From sequence record OZ346189.1: DNA of 64,000 nucleotides. One strand, 5' to 3'. Under the pieces are notes generated by a model that saw nothing but the letters and a program-made list of their open reading frames with translations, was not told where the DNA came from and did no database searches. A program made the position numbers and the translations under genes. This stretch comes from a phage. Shown in pieces: positions 9,711 to 17,721 of the stretch; position 1 is the stretch's first letter, and each line of letters starts with the position of its first letter.

Positions 9711-9965
9711 ATGAAAATCATGTTGAAACCAGAATGCGTTGCAAACGACCGAGCTTTTAAAGATTGCACACTTGGCGCTACTTATGAAGCAGAGTTTTGT
9801 GAGAACCCTTTGGTAAAAGCCCTTTTGGAAGAAGGGGCCCCTCTATCACAAGAAGAGCTTGATGAGCTGGAAAACTCAGCACAGTGCCTTACCTTTAAAG
9901 ATGATGAAGGAGACTCTGTCTGGTGCACTGTTAACGAAGTAGTTTTTGTAAAAACTGAACATTAA
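9711..9965 (+). CDS. hypothetical protein (paralog of 10029-10289)
   Basis: 84 aa; AAGGAGA SD; shares AF(K/R)DCT and D..GD.V.CT motifs with the next gene. Confidence 0.55.
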   Translation: MKIMLKPECVANDRAFKDCTLGATYEAEFCENPLVKALLEEGAPLSQEELDELENSAQCLTFKDDEGDSVWCTVNEVVFVKTEH

Positions 9966-9968
9966 TAC

Positions 9969-9997
9969 TTGACAACAGCGATAGGACCTAATACAAT
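9969..9997 (+). promoter_or_regulatory. sigma70-like promoter
   Basis: TTGACA 9969-9974, 17-nt spacer, TACAAT 9992-9997. Confidence 0.55.
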
Positions 9998-10028
9998 GGT
10001 CCTATCAAAACGAAAGGGGACCACAGCA

Positions 10029-10289
10029 ATGACCAAACAATATCAACGAATTAAAGCCAAGGTTAAGCCAGACTATCTAGAGAAGGACTCTGCTTTTCGG
10101 GACTGCACAGCTGACAAAGTTTACACAGGGGCCGTCCTGTTGAACGATAAACTTGAAGTAGATGTGCTGGGTAAAGAGGCCGTTATCGAGGATGACAACG
10201 GTGACTGTGTTTTCTGCACCACACGAGAGCTAGAAGTCTTAGAATATTTCGGTGAAATCTTCAACTCCTTAGACGACGAGGAAGCGTGA
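10029..10289 (+). CDS. hypothetical protein (paralog of 9711-9965)
   Basis: ORF track 9969-10289 starts inside the promoter; ATG 10029 lies downstream of predicted TSS. Confidence 0.5.
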   Translation: MTKQYQRIKAKVKPDYLEKDSAFRDCTADKVYTGAVLLNDKLEVDVLGKEAVIEDDNGDCVFCTTRELEVLEYFGEIFNSLDDEEA

Positions 10290-10678
10290 TGAAAAATATT
10301 TGGGATATCGATATCTTTGAAGCCTCTAAGCTTGACGGTGCTGATGGAGTGATTATGGTGTCTGATGGCAAGGCAACACTAACTTCCGGAGATATCATCT
10401 ATGCCTTGGACGAGCTGGCGCTTCTGAAATCTACCGGTAACACTTTGGAGGAGCGTCTTCAAGGATTCGCTTTCAAAGAAGGTACAAATACAGCCATGAT
10501 GTGCACCACACGGACAGTTCAGGTTGGTAACGGTGTCTATATGATTATTGCTGTGTGTCCTAAATTCAGCAACGTCAACAAAGATGATGCTGACGCGGTC
10601 AACGATGTGGTTGTTCTCTTCGTGGGTGACGCTATGGCAGATCTGATGAATGCAGGAGAAGCAGCAAATGAAGACTGA
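10286..10678 (+). CDS. hypothetical protein
   Basis: 130 aa; overlapping start/stop with neighbours. Confidence 0.5.
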   Translation: MMKNIWDIDIFEASKLDGADGVIMVSDGKATLTSGDIIYALDELALLKSTGNTLEERLQGFAFKEGTNTAMMCTTRTVQVGNGVYMIIAVCPKFSNVNKDDADAVNDVVVLFVGDAMADLMNAGEAANED

Positions 10679-10970
10679 AAACATCACCCCAGCAGGGTTC
10701 TTAAAAGTATACCGTGAACTGCTATATACTACAGAGGACAGTGTTCTAGAGTATCCAGAATATCTTTTGCTGTATAAGTATCTGCAGGAGGCTGGTGAAA
10801 ATCTGCCAGTTAGTGCAGAAGGTGGTCCAAACTGGATATACAGCGCATGGAGAAAGGTTGACATTCTCCCAGACCCAGGTAAAGATATGGTAGTTTGGCA
10901 GCTTATCAACAACATCGGGATTCCAATCTTTGATGAAGCTGTTAAAATCTATTTTGAACTTGACGATTAA
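10668..10970 (+). CDS. hypothetical protein
   Basis: ORF track 10650-10970; ATG 10668 with AGGAGA SD 8 nt upstream. Confidence 0.5.
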   Translation: MKTENITPAGFLKVYRELLYTTEDSVLEYPEYLLLYKYLQEAGENLPVSAEGGPNWIYSAWRKVDILPDPGKDMVVWQLINNIGIPIFDEAVKIYFELDD

Positions 10971-10987
10971 TATCAGGAGACCTTAAG

Positions 10988-11233
10988 ATGACTGAAGCAG
11001 TTGCTCGCGCAGGACAGAAAGTACGTTGTGTTGAAGTAGGTTTTGGTGGCAAAGGGTGTCAAAACTTGACTCAAGGCAAGGAATATGCTGTTATCTCTGG
11101 TGGTGGCGACGAAAGTATTGTGTTCGAGGGCCACATCCTGGATGCTGAAAACTTTGAAATCTTTGACGACGATGGGGATCCGATCACCTGCCTGCTGGAC
11201 GGGAATTGGGGAACTTTCGAAGTGATTGGCTAA
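10988..11233 (+). CDS. hypothetical protein
   Basis: 81 aa; CAGGAGA SD. Confidence 0.5.
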   Translation: MTEAVARAGQKVRCVEVGFGGKGCQNLTQGKEYAVISGGGDESIVFEGHILDAENFEIFDDDGDPITCLLDGNWGTFEVIG

Positions 11234-11316
11234 CAAATACCTATTGTAATTTACAGAAGGGGATGCTAAAATAGTGTCTCCTTCTATGTTGTTCAAATAA
11301 AATCGGAGATTCCATA

Positions 11317-11685
11317 ATGGAACAAATGAACGATCAAGAGTCGGTTGCGATGAACGAGCAAGAACAACCTCAAGAATTTTTCTTAGGGTTAAGTAAAGAT
11401 CAAGTGTCTCTTTTGCTAGTGCTTTCTTCTTTCATGGGAAGACTTCAGGAGCTCACACAACAACCGGAGGCTGAACAATTATTTCAGGCTCTGCGTGAAG
11501 AAGAAAAATATCGTCGTTTGGACTATGCCTTAGGTTGGGTAGCTCAACAACGAGATATGCTGATGGCCCTCTCTGGGACCACAAGTTTTGCAATGGGCCT
11601 GTTGGCTCAAGTTCAGGACAAATTAATTCAAGCAGGGTTTGCACACACGGCAAACACTAACGAAGAACAAGGAGACAAAGAATGA
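11317..11685 (+). CDS. hypothetical protein
   Basis: 122 aa; Gln/Glu-rich N-terminus. Confidence 0.5.
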   Translation: MEQMNDQESVAMNEQEQPQEFFLGLSKDQVSLLLVLSSFMGRLQELTQQPEAEQLFQALREEEKYRRLDYALGWVAQQRDMLMALSGTTSFAMGLLAQVQDKLIQAGFAHTANTNEEQGDKE

Positions 11686-12908
11686 GCGTTATTCAACAAT
11701 TCGCTAACCCGATGAATCCGCGTGAAACTGTTTTACTGGCTCACGGCATGATTAAACGCGTCAGCATCAAGCCTATCAAAGGTGCTGATCCTACAACAGG
11801 TATTAAAACCACTGTGTGGCAAGGTAAGAAAATTGAATCCAGCCACACCATCTCTTTACTGATTTCTGAACTGGATTCCTCTGATAACCTACTTCAAGGT
11901 GGTGAAGAAGTTTGGATCAGTATGGGCGATAAGCTGCTTAAACCGGGTCATCAAGACTCTGTCTCTGTTAAAATTGATGACAAGTGGGAAACCGTAACGC
12001 CAGGATGGATCGTAAATATCCCTTTGAAGGCAAACGAGCATAACGGTAAGACCTACTACAAAGGCTCACTGGCTAAGATGGTTAAGCTGGGTGCAGGAGA
12101 GGCTCCAGCAGCGACTCAGCAGCAAAAACAGCAACAAGGTGCACAATCACAAGGCCAGAAGCAGAAACCTCAGCAGAATGCCAATCAGGACGTTTTACGC
12201 ATCTATGGTGATGTGACTCAGATTGTTGGCAACGTGGTTACTGTAAATGACCACAAGATTGGCGAAGGTGCTATGGTTGTAACTGATGAGCAGCTTAAAG
12301 ACCTGGTGGTAGGTGGTCGTGTTGCAGCCATTGTTGACAAAGACACTGGAAACATTATCAGTGGTTTCAAGGCCTATCCTCCTAAGGCAGAGAACGGCAC
12401 TCAAGGCTCCGGTGGCAAGCGTAAATCCTCTTACGACCCTATCGGTGTGGAAACGGGGCATAGCATCAATGCGTTGCAGATCATCCTGGATCGCGGGTTT
12501 AAGGTAGACGACCCACTGGGCGTGGCTAAAACACTGCACGTAGTCACCATTGAGCTTAAGAAAGAGTATGCTCAAGCCACCAACCGAACTGAAGATGAAG
12601 TAGGTGCCAGTGTCGGTAATGCGGTGTTGAACGCTTGTCGCCGTATTGACAAGAAAACGAAAGTTGATGATTTTGCAGCGGCAATTACTGCAGAAGCAAA
12701 AGATGTCTTGACTAATCTGGCTGAGCCGTTGTACGATTGGATCAAGAACGGTGCTGGGTCAACTGACCATCAAGAACCTCAGGCTGCCAAACAGGAAGCA
12801 GCTCCACAGCAAAACACTGTAGACGCTCCTCCTGTAAATGATGGGGAAGATGACCCGATGGATCAGAATCCAGCACAGTACGCCTTTGATGATGACATCC
12901 CTTTTTAA
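11682..12908 (+). CDS. SSB-like protein with acidic C-terminal tip
   Basis: 408 aa; Gln-rich linker (ATQQQKQQQGAQSQGQKQKPQQ) and C-terminus ...AFDDDIPF, identical in form to the SSB tip motif DDDIPF; AGGAGA SD. Confidence 0.45.
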   Translation: MSVIQQFANPMNPRETVLLAHGMIKRVSIKPIKGADPTTGIKTTVWQGKKIESSHTISLLISELDSSDNLLQGGEEVWISMGDKLLKPGHQDSVSVKIDDKWETVTPGWIVNIPLKANEHNGKTYYKGSLAKMVKLGAGEAPAATQQQKQQQGAQSQGQKQKPQQNANQDVLRIYGDVTQIVGNVVTVNDHKIGEGAMVVTDEQLKDLVVGGRVAAIVDKDTGNIISGFKAYPPKAENGTQGSGGKRKSSYDPIGVETGHSINALQIILDRGFKVDDPLGVAKTLHVVTIELKKEYAQATNRTEDEVGASVGNAVLNACRRIDKKTKVDDFAAAITAEAKDVLTNLAEPLYDWIKNGAGSTDHQEPQAAKQEAAPQQNTVDAPPVNDGEDDPMDQNPAQYAFDDDIPF

Positions 12909-12923
12909 CAATTAGTTAACATA

Positions 12924-12951
12924 GCCCTGCCCGAAAGGGTGGGGCATTTTT
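12924..12951 (+). terminator. rho-independent terminator
   Basis: GCCCTGCCC-GAAA-GGGTGGGGC + ATTTTT; second copy of the 1541 terminator. Confidence 0.6.
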
Positions 12952-12970
12952 GTATAAGGAGATCTGAAAA

Positions 12971-13387
12971 ATGACATTAGAAGATATCATTGTTAAACCT
13001 GAGAACTATGACCAATACAACCTGTCAACTCAATCTGTAGACCTTGGATGCGCCACAGTTAGTGCGTGGCTGGTTAATGGAAAAGAGCTGGACAAGTGCT
13101 TAGAAGCTCACATGTCTGTTAACAAGTTTCTGGATGAAAATACTCACTGGCTTGAGGGTGCTGGAGTATATGCTTCATGGTTGGAGAGCATGGGCTTTGA
13201 CTATCAATCTGATGAAGGGTGGTGGAGCTATCTGGCTATCTGTCCAGAAACACTGCAATGCTTCATGAAATACTCTGAAGATCTTGAGTACCGAGCGGTG
13301 GTTGATAGTGCTATTGCCCGTTATAGCCGTAAACCTTTTTCCCATGACATTAAAACTGTGGAAGAATTTGTTGAAGTTTTCTGTTGA
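12971..13387 (+). CDS. hypothetical protein
   Basis: 138 aa; AAGGAG SD. Confidence 0.55.
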   Translation: MTLEDIIVKPENYDQYNLSTQSVDLGCATVSAWLVNGKELDKCLEAHMSVNKFLDENTHWLEGAGVYASWLESMGFDYQSDEGWWSYLAICPETLQCFMKYSEDLEYRAVVDSAIARYSRKPFSHDIKTVEEFVEVFC

Positions 13388-13483
13388 CACAGGTTGAAAG
13401 GTGTGCAATTATAACTTCATAAAACGGGAGGACGCGATGAACGAAGAAAACTGGGATGTATAACTAACAGGAGACCACTGCCC

Positions 13484-13681
13484 ATGATTTATCGAATCCG
13501 TGTAAGAGAAGATGCACCAGGCTGTTACTTTGACTGGCGTGGGTGGTGGTTTCTCCACCCAATGGATGGACTCACAGATAGAATGCTGGATGCTGCCCTT
13601 TATACAGATACCGACATAGAATATAATCTCTATCTGAAGGACGGTATAGATAACGGTCTATTTGAAGCAATTCCTGTGTAA
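13484..13681 (+). CDS. hypothetical protein
   Basis: 65 aa; CAGGAGA SD. Confidence 0.45.
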   Translation: MIYRIRVREDAPGCYFDWRGWWFLHPMDGLTDRMLDAALYTDTDIEYNLYLKDGIDNGLFEAIPV

Positions 13682-13749
13682 GAGACTGTGATAGCCATGT
13701 TTTATGATCTTCCTGTAGCACCACCACCTGTTGAACCTGGAGAACTAAG

Positions 13750-14169
13750 ATGATCTATGAAATGCCAAAACTGATTCGTGACGATGCCCAAAACCACACC
13801 ATTATTATGGGTAAACGCATGAATATCCTTTGCCGTAACGATTTCTGTGGTGTAGAATACGTTGCAGACTACTTCGGTGAGAATGGTAAACACCCTGTTC
13901 AGTTCTTCCTTGACCATGAGGATAACATTATCTGGGAGTTTGAAACTGAAGATATCCGCAACCTCTTCATCTTCCTCGGTGTCAAGGTTAAGGCCAATTT
14001 CGCGGAAGGTGAGTGCGACGATTGTGGATTTTATGAGGTGACAGACTTCTATCTCCCGAGTGGCAAGAACATTTACTATGAGAGTCACTTCGGAAACACC
14101 AACATGCCTCAAAGCTGGGAAGAATTTTTCAGTATCGTAGAAGAGGAGCTGGCATACCGTGATTATTGA
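13750..14169 (+). CDS. hypothetical protein
   Basis: 139 aa; several Cys/His; SD present. Confidence 0.5.
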   Translation: MIYEMPKLIRDDAQNHTIIMGKRMNILCRNDFCGVEYVADYFGENGKHPVQFFLDHEDNIIWEFETEDIRNLFIFLGVKVKANFAEGECDDCGFYEVTDFYLPSGKNIYYESHFGNTNMPQSWEEFFSIVEEELAYRDY

Positions 14170-14617
14170 TACTGTAAAGGGAGATTTAATCTCCCTTTTT
14201 AAGAGCGGTGCTGGTCACCTAATCCACGGTTGTAACTGCTTCCACACAATGGGTAAGGGCATAGCAAAACAGATTGCCCGTGAGTTTCCTCAAGCATTGT
14301 CAGCCGACAAAGAGACCAGACACGGTTGCCTAAGTAAACTGGGTGCGTTCTCCCGATGGGAGCACTTATCTCCGAGAGGTATTGTCTACGGAATCAATCT
14401 GTATACTCAGTTCTACCCAGGGCCTAATGCTGAATATTTCTCAATCCTGAAAGGCTTTGAGCTAGTCAATGAGGTATTCGAGGGATCGACTTTACCATTC
14501 TACATCCCTAAGATCGGATGCGGCATAGGCGGTTTGAAGTGGGAGCACGTAGAGGACGTTATTAACCTCGCCACTTTTGATATAGATATTATCGTGGTGG
14601 AGTACAAAGAGTGTTGA
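14159..14617 (+). CDS. macro-domain protein (ADP-ribose binding/processing)
   Basis: 152 aa; N..(5)..G-x-G-[IV]-A..IA segment (HGCNCFHTMGKGIAKQIA) and IPKIGCGIGGL, matching the two macro-domain signature segments. Confidence 0.6.
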   Translation: MIIDTVKGDLISLFKSGAGHLIHGCNCFHTMGKGIAKQIAREFPQALSADKETRHGCLSKLGAFSRWEHLSPRGIVYGINLYTQFYPGPNAEYFSILKGFELVNEVFEGSTLPFYIPKIGCGIGGLKWEHVEDVINLATFDIDIIVVEYKEC

Positions 14618-14642
14618 CAGCTGACTTTTGAGATGGTATAGT
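14614..14642 (+). promoter_or_regulatory. sigma70-like promoter
   Basis: TTGACA 14614-14619 (overlaps upstream stop), 17-nt spacer, TATAGT 14637-14642. Confidence 0.55.
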
Positions 14643-14673
14643 CACCACAACGATTGAGAGAGGGAGCACCACT

Positions 14674-14874
14674 ATGGAGACTAAAATCTTAATTCTGGCT
14701 GTGATAGATACGACCGAAGGGGCCGTGTTCGAATCTGCAGGAGGGTATTTCTACCTGCCCTACGGAAAAATAACTTCCGAACCGAGTAAAGATTCAATCC
14801 TTAAAGTGTTCCCTTGTGCTTTCTGGCTGGAGATTCTGGTAGAAGATTGCAGAGGATTGGGGAGAGAATTATGA
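14674..14874 (+). CDS. hypothetical protein
   Basis: 66 aa; GAGAGGGAG SD. Confidence 0.45.
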   Translation: METKILILAVIDTTEGAVFESAGGYFYLPYGKITSEPSKDSILKVFPCAFWLEILVEDCRGLGREL

Positions 14875-15065
14875 GAAACAAGAAAGAGCTTTACTCTGGC
14901 GAGTGGATCAACGATCAACAGGTCGGAGAGGTAACCTGCTTCCGGTGTTTTACTCGGTACAATCTTAAAACTGCACCAAAAAGTGTTCCAAAGACTGACG
15001 GTTATTACATAAAAGAACCTCATTGCCCAAAATGTAAATGCCGATTGTACTGGAGCAATCTATAA
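14871..15065 (+). CDS. zinc-ribbon protein
   Basis: ORF track 14814-15065; ATG 14871 after GGGGAGAG; CxxC...CxxC (CFRC...CPKC). Confidence 0.5.
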   Translation: MRNKKELYSGEWINDQQVGEVTCFRCFTRYNLKTAPKSVPKTDGYYIKEPHCPKCKCRLYWSNL

Positions 15066-15069
15066 GAGG

Positions 15070-15097
15070 TTGACATCTGAAAACTGCAGTGTATAGT
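15070..15097 (+). promoter_or_regulatory. sigma70-like promoter
   Basis: TTGACA 15070-15075, 16-nt spacer, TATAGT 15092-15097. Confidence 0.55.
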
Positions 15098-15128
15098 ATA
15101 CACATAAACTAACAGAGAGCGATGTATT

Positions 15129-15320
15129 ATGGTAATTTTTAACCGGGATGGTATCATAGTTAGACAGCACCCGTTCCTTGAATACTATCAAATTGAGCAA
15201 TGGTGCTACGGGGATTGCAGTCACTCCTATGGGCAAAGTTGGGGATATCGTACAGTTTTTGAATCAACAGACCTTGACAAAGTAAGACAGAAAGTTTTAG
15301 AACTTATTAACAACAAGTGA
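15129..15320 (+). CDS. hypothetical protein
   Basis: 63 aa. Confidence 0.45.
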   Translation: MVIFNRDGIIVRQHPFLEYYQIEQWCYGDCSHSYGQSWGYRTVFESTDLDKVRQKVLELINNK

Positions 15321-15329
15321 GTATGATAT

Positions 15330-15662
15330 ATGGTAACATTAGAAAGACGTAAAGCTATCGCCGCCACACTGGCAGACATCTTTTGGGATTGCAACTTAAA
15401 AGATACCAGAAATTGTGGCGCATCTGTAGATGTATTATTCCCACGGCCCACCATTGTTGCAATGGGAAACCTGTTAAACGTAGTGTACGGAGCATGGGAC
15501 AAAGAAGGTGGATTCTATATCTGGCAACCTGACTACAGAGCCTGGAAAGAGGTAAGGGGTGCGGTTGACTTTGGGCCTGCAAGTGCTAAGATGGATGGCT
15601 GGGAAATTTATGTTGGAAACGACATGAAGCTGAAAGGCGAGATTGTTTACTGGTTACCTTAA
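15330..15662 (+). CDS. hypothetical protein
   Basis: 110 aa; weak SD. Confidence 0.45.
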   Translation: MVTLERRKAIAATLADIFWDCNLKDTRNCGASVDVLFPRPTIVAMGNLLNVVYGAWDKEGGFYIWQPDYRAWKEVRGAVDFGPASAKMDGWEIYVGNDMKLKGEIVYWLP

Positions 15663-15682
15663 GAGAATGCAGGAGATAAAGT

Positions 15683-15928
15683 ATGAACAAAGGGTGGACA
15701 TTTGTAGACGGCGTTGAAAACATGCCTCTAGGAAAGTATATTGTAGCCATGGCAGATGAGAATGGCAAGGTTGATTTCGGAGCTTGCGAGGTTGTTCTTG
15801 CAGGATCTGGTGACTATGCTCACAAAACTGGGATAATTAACGGTCATTTCTACTTTGATTACAACCCTGTTGTGGCGTATATGGCTATGCCAGAGTTCGA
15901 GCTCCCAAAGGAGGGTGCGGATGTTTAA
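15683..15928 (+). CDS. hypothetical protein
   Basis: 81 aa; CAGGAGA SD. Confidence 0.5.
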   Translation: MNKGWTFVDGVENMPLGKYIVAMADENGKVDFGACEVVLAGSGDYAHKTGIINGHFYFDYNPVVAYMAMPEFELPKEGADV

Positions 15929-16118
15929 GCTTAAATCTGCATGGAACATCGCTGTGGGGGACGAGATCCGCATCCCAGGTGGAAAGACCATTATGAAGAT
16001 ATCTCGTATCGAGTACGAAGGTGATCGTGTATTTCATATCTTTGCAGAAGATGGTCGAGAAATTTATATACAGGCAGGCTCTCACATCTATATTCGTAAG
16101 AAAGGGGACGACAAATGA
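15921..16118 (+). CDS. hypothetical protein
   Basis: ORF track 15855-16118; ATG 15921 after AAGGAGGG; coupled to upstream stop. Confidence 0.45.
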   Translation: MFKLKSAWNIAVGDEIRIPGGKTIMKISRIEYEGDRVFHIFAEDGREIYIQAGSHIYIRKKGDDK

Positions 16119-16444
16119 CAGAGATCATCATTTCAACTGCAGGGTATGTGTTCCTGACAATCATTGCACTGACCATTTTGGTGGTGGTATATGGAATTGT
16201 TATTCTCCCTATTCTTGAGACAATTAGTTTGTGTCGGTGTTGGAGAAAGGCTTACGGTCCACAGCCGTGGAAGGACTGGCCCCACCTGGTGCACATAGCG
16301 TTCTCTTATGCTTATGATCACGCCAGCAGTGCATGCATAACCGGGTATCACGCCCACAACTGGAGCTGGGAAGGGTTGAGGAAATGGAATGTTACAAAGA
16401 CCATACCTCTGCGCATGTACAAACCTAAAAACAAAGACAGCTGA
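16115..16444 (+). CDS. membrane protein
   Basis: 109 aa; N-terminal transmembrane segment YVFLTIIALTILVVVYGIVILPIL; last gene before the non-coding repeat region. Confidence 0.5.
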   Translation: MTEIIISTAGYVFLTIIALTILVVVYGIVILPILETISLCRCWRKAYGPQPWKDWPHLVHIAFSYAYDHASSACITGYHAHNWSWEGLRKWNVTKTIPLRMYKPKNKDS

Positions 16445-16519
16445 TACTTGAAAATCCCTGGCATATCAAGTGTAAGGAGGATTTCTAAAATGGATTTCCT
16501 CCTTTTGATATTTCACCGG

Positions 16520-17040
16520 GCCAGATATTTTAAAATTCTTAGAAAATCAGAAAATGGATCGAAAACTAAAATGGATTTTTCAAGACAGGCACGATAAGAT
16601 GTGCTGCTCATTCTATCGTTCGCACCGTACTTTAAGTCACTATTCCAGATTTTTCCGCACATACTCTCACCCTTCTACCAGAACTTTCCCAGCTTACCTC
16701 TGACCTTTTATAACAATAAGTCCATTATTATCAGAAAGTTTCGGCACATCTCTTTCGGTACTCGATCTGTTTTTCATTTCAAAGACCTGATTTTCTGAAA
16801 ATTTTTCTCGATAAATTTCTTAGTACTCGATCTGTTTTTCGTTTTCTGAATCGGATTTTCTGGAAATCGTTCCAGCCCTCGACCTGAAATTTTTGGGGAC
16901 GAAATCGATTTTTCGTTTTCAGAAATGGATTTTTAAAATTTCTATATGGGAATATTTTATGGGATACTGTTTTATAGGAAATTGTTACGGAGGGTAATTA
17001 GCATGCTAATTAAATTTATTAAATGCGAGGAGTTCTCATT
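16520..17040. repeat. AT-rich non-coding region with direct repeats and an 18-bp perfect palindrome
   Basis: GTACTCGATCTGTTTTTC at 16758-16775 and 16823-16840, related CTCGACCTGAAATTTTT at about 16876; repeated AAAATGGAT; palindrome TAATTAGCATGCTAATTA 16995-17012. Confidence 0.5.
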
Positions 17041-17049
17041 TAGAATTTT

Positions 17050-17066
17050 GAATGATAATCATTCTC
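17050..17066 (+). promoter_or_regulatory. Fur-box-like site 1
   Basis: GAATGATAATCATTCTC; 15/16 match to the 3' part of the Fur box consensus GATAATGATAATCATTATC. Confidence 0.35.
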
Positions 17067-17080
17067 GTTTGCAGAATAAC

Positions 17081-17104
17081 GGGCAGGCCCGGTGATTGTC
17101 TCCC
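17081..17104 (+). repeat. conserved motif copy 1 (GGGCAGGCCCGGTGATTGTCTCCC)
   Basis: 22/23 identical to the reverse complement of 26869-26891; diverged copy at 17221-17240. Confidence 0.5.
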
Positions 17105-17180
17105 GGCCCCTGTTGCCCCGGCTTGTTATTATAGTATCACACAGGACAAAGAAAGCAAGGATTTTTTGCATAAATTTTTA

Positions 17181-17202
17181 AATGATAATGATAACCGTTC
17201 TC
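17181..17202 (+). promoter_or_regulatory. Fur-box-like site 2
   Basis: AATGATAATGATAACCGTTCTC; core GATAATGATAACCGTTCTC is 16/19 to Fur box consensus. Confidence 0.35.
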
Positions 17203-17721
17203 ATTTTATGCAGCGCCCATCCCCGGTGGTTGTCTCCCCCGTCACCGGTGCCTGCCGTCCTTTCGATAGGTATATTGTGCCACCTGGCGGGGCCGCTGTC
17301 AACACTTCTTCAAAAATTTTTTCTAACATAATGCACCAACCGCTGCAACCTGGCGGGGCCAGCCTGGCAGGACCTGACTGACCAGGTAGGAGAGAGTGAA
17401 AACTTGCAAACCTGGTAGGCCTATGCTACAGGGCAGGTAACAATTGAAGAGGAGGTACAAAAATGAAAAGTAATATAATCCCCTGGAAAATGTAGCGATC
17501 AACGCCGCTGAAGTTATCACCCTGGTTGAAAAGGCTATGGCGGGAGCGTTGGAACATAAAGAAGAGTACGAAAAATGATGGTTAACCTGGCAGGGGCGGC
17601 GGCTGGAGAATTCTTCCCAAAAAATAATTCTAACTAATGGTTGACAGCTCGGAGAGTTCTGTTATTCTTATCCTCGCAAGGTGAACAACACCACACTAAT
17701 TAACAGAGAGGATAAAAAATC

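Noticed and set aside
10379-10915. 178-aa antisense ORF across + strand early genes
   Set aside because: Opposite to a run of SD-supported + strand genes in a uniformly + transcribed block
16601-16798. 65-aa ORF on + strand
   Set aside because: Lies in the AT-rich direct-repeat region; translation is low complexity (F/S/P-rich), no SD; repeats explain the open frame
16750-16900. Possible CRISPR array suggested by direct repeats
   Set aside because: Only 2-3 imperfect repeats of 18 bp with irregular spacing, AT-rich, no cas genes anywhere in the window
17052-17381. 109-aa ORF on + strand
   Set aside because: Overlies the Fur-box-like sites and repeated GC-rich motifs; Pro/Gly-rich low-complexity translation, no SD; more likely non-coding regulatory or RNA sequence
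16450-17700. tRNA genes, as might be expected in a large phage non-coding region
   Set aside because: No T-arm-like GGTTCGANTCC or cloverleaf-compatible segments seen by eye here or in 28160-28590; a tRNAscan-type search would be needed to exclude them fully
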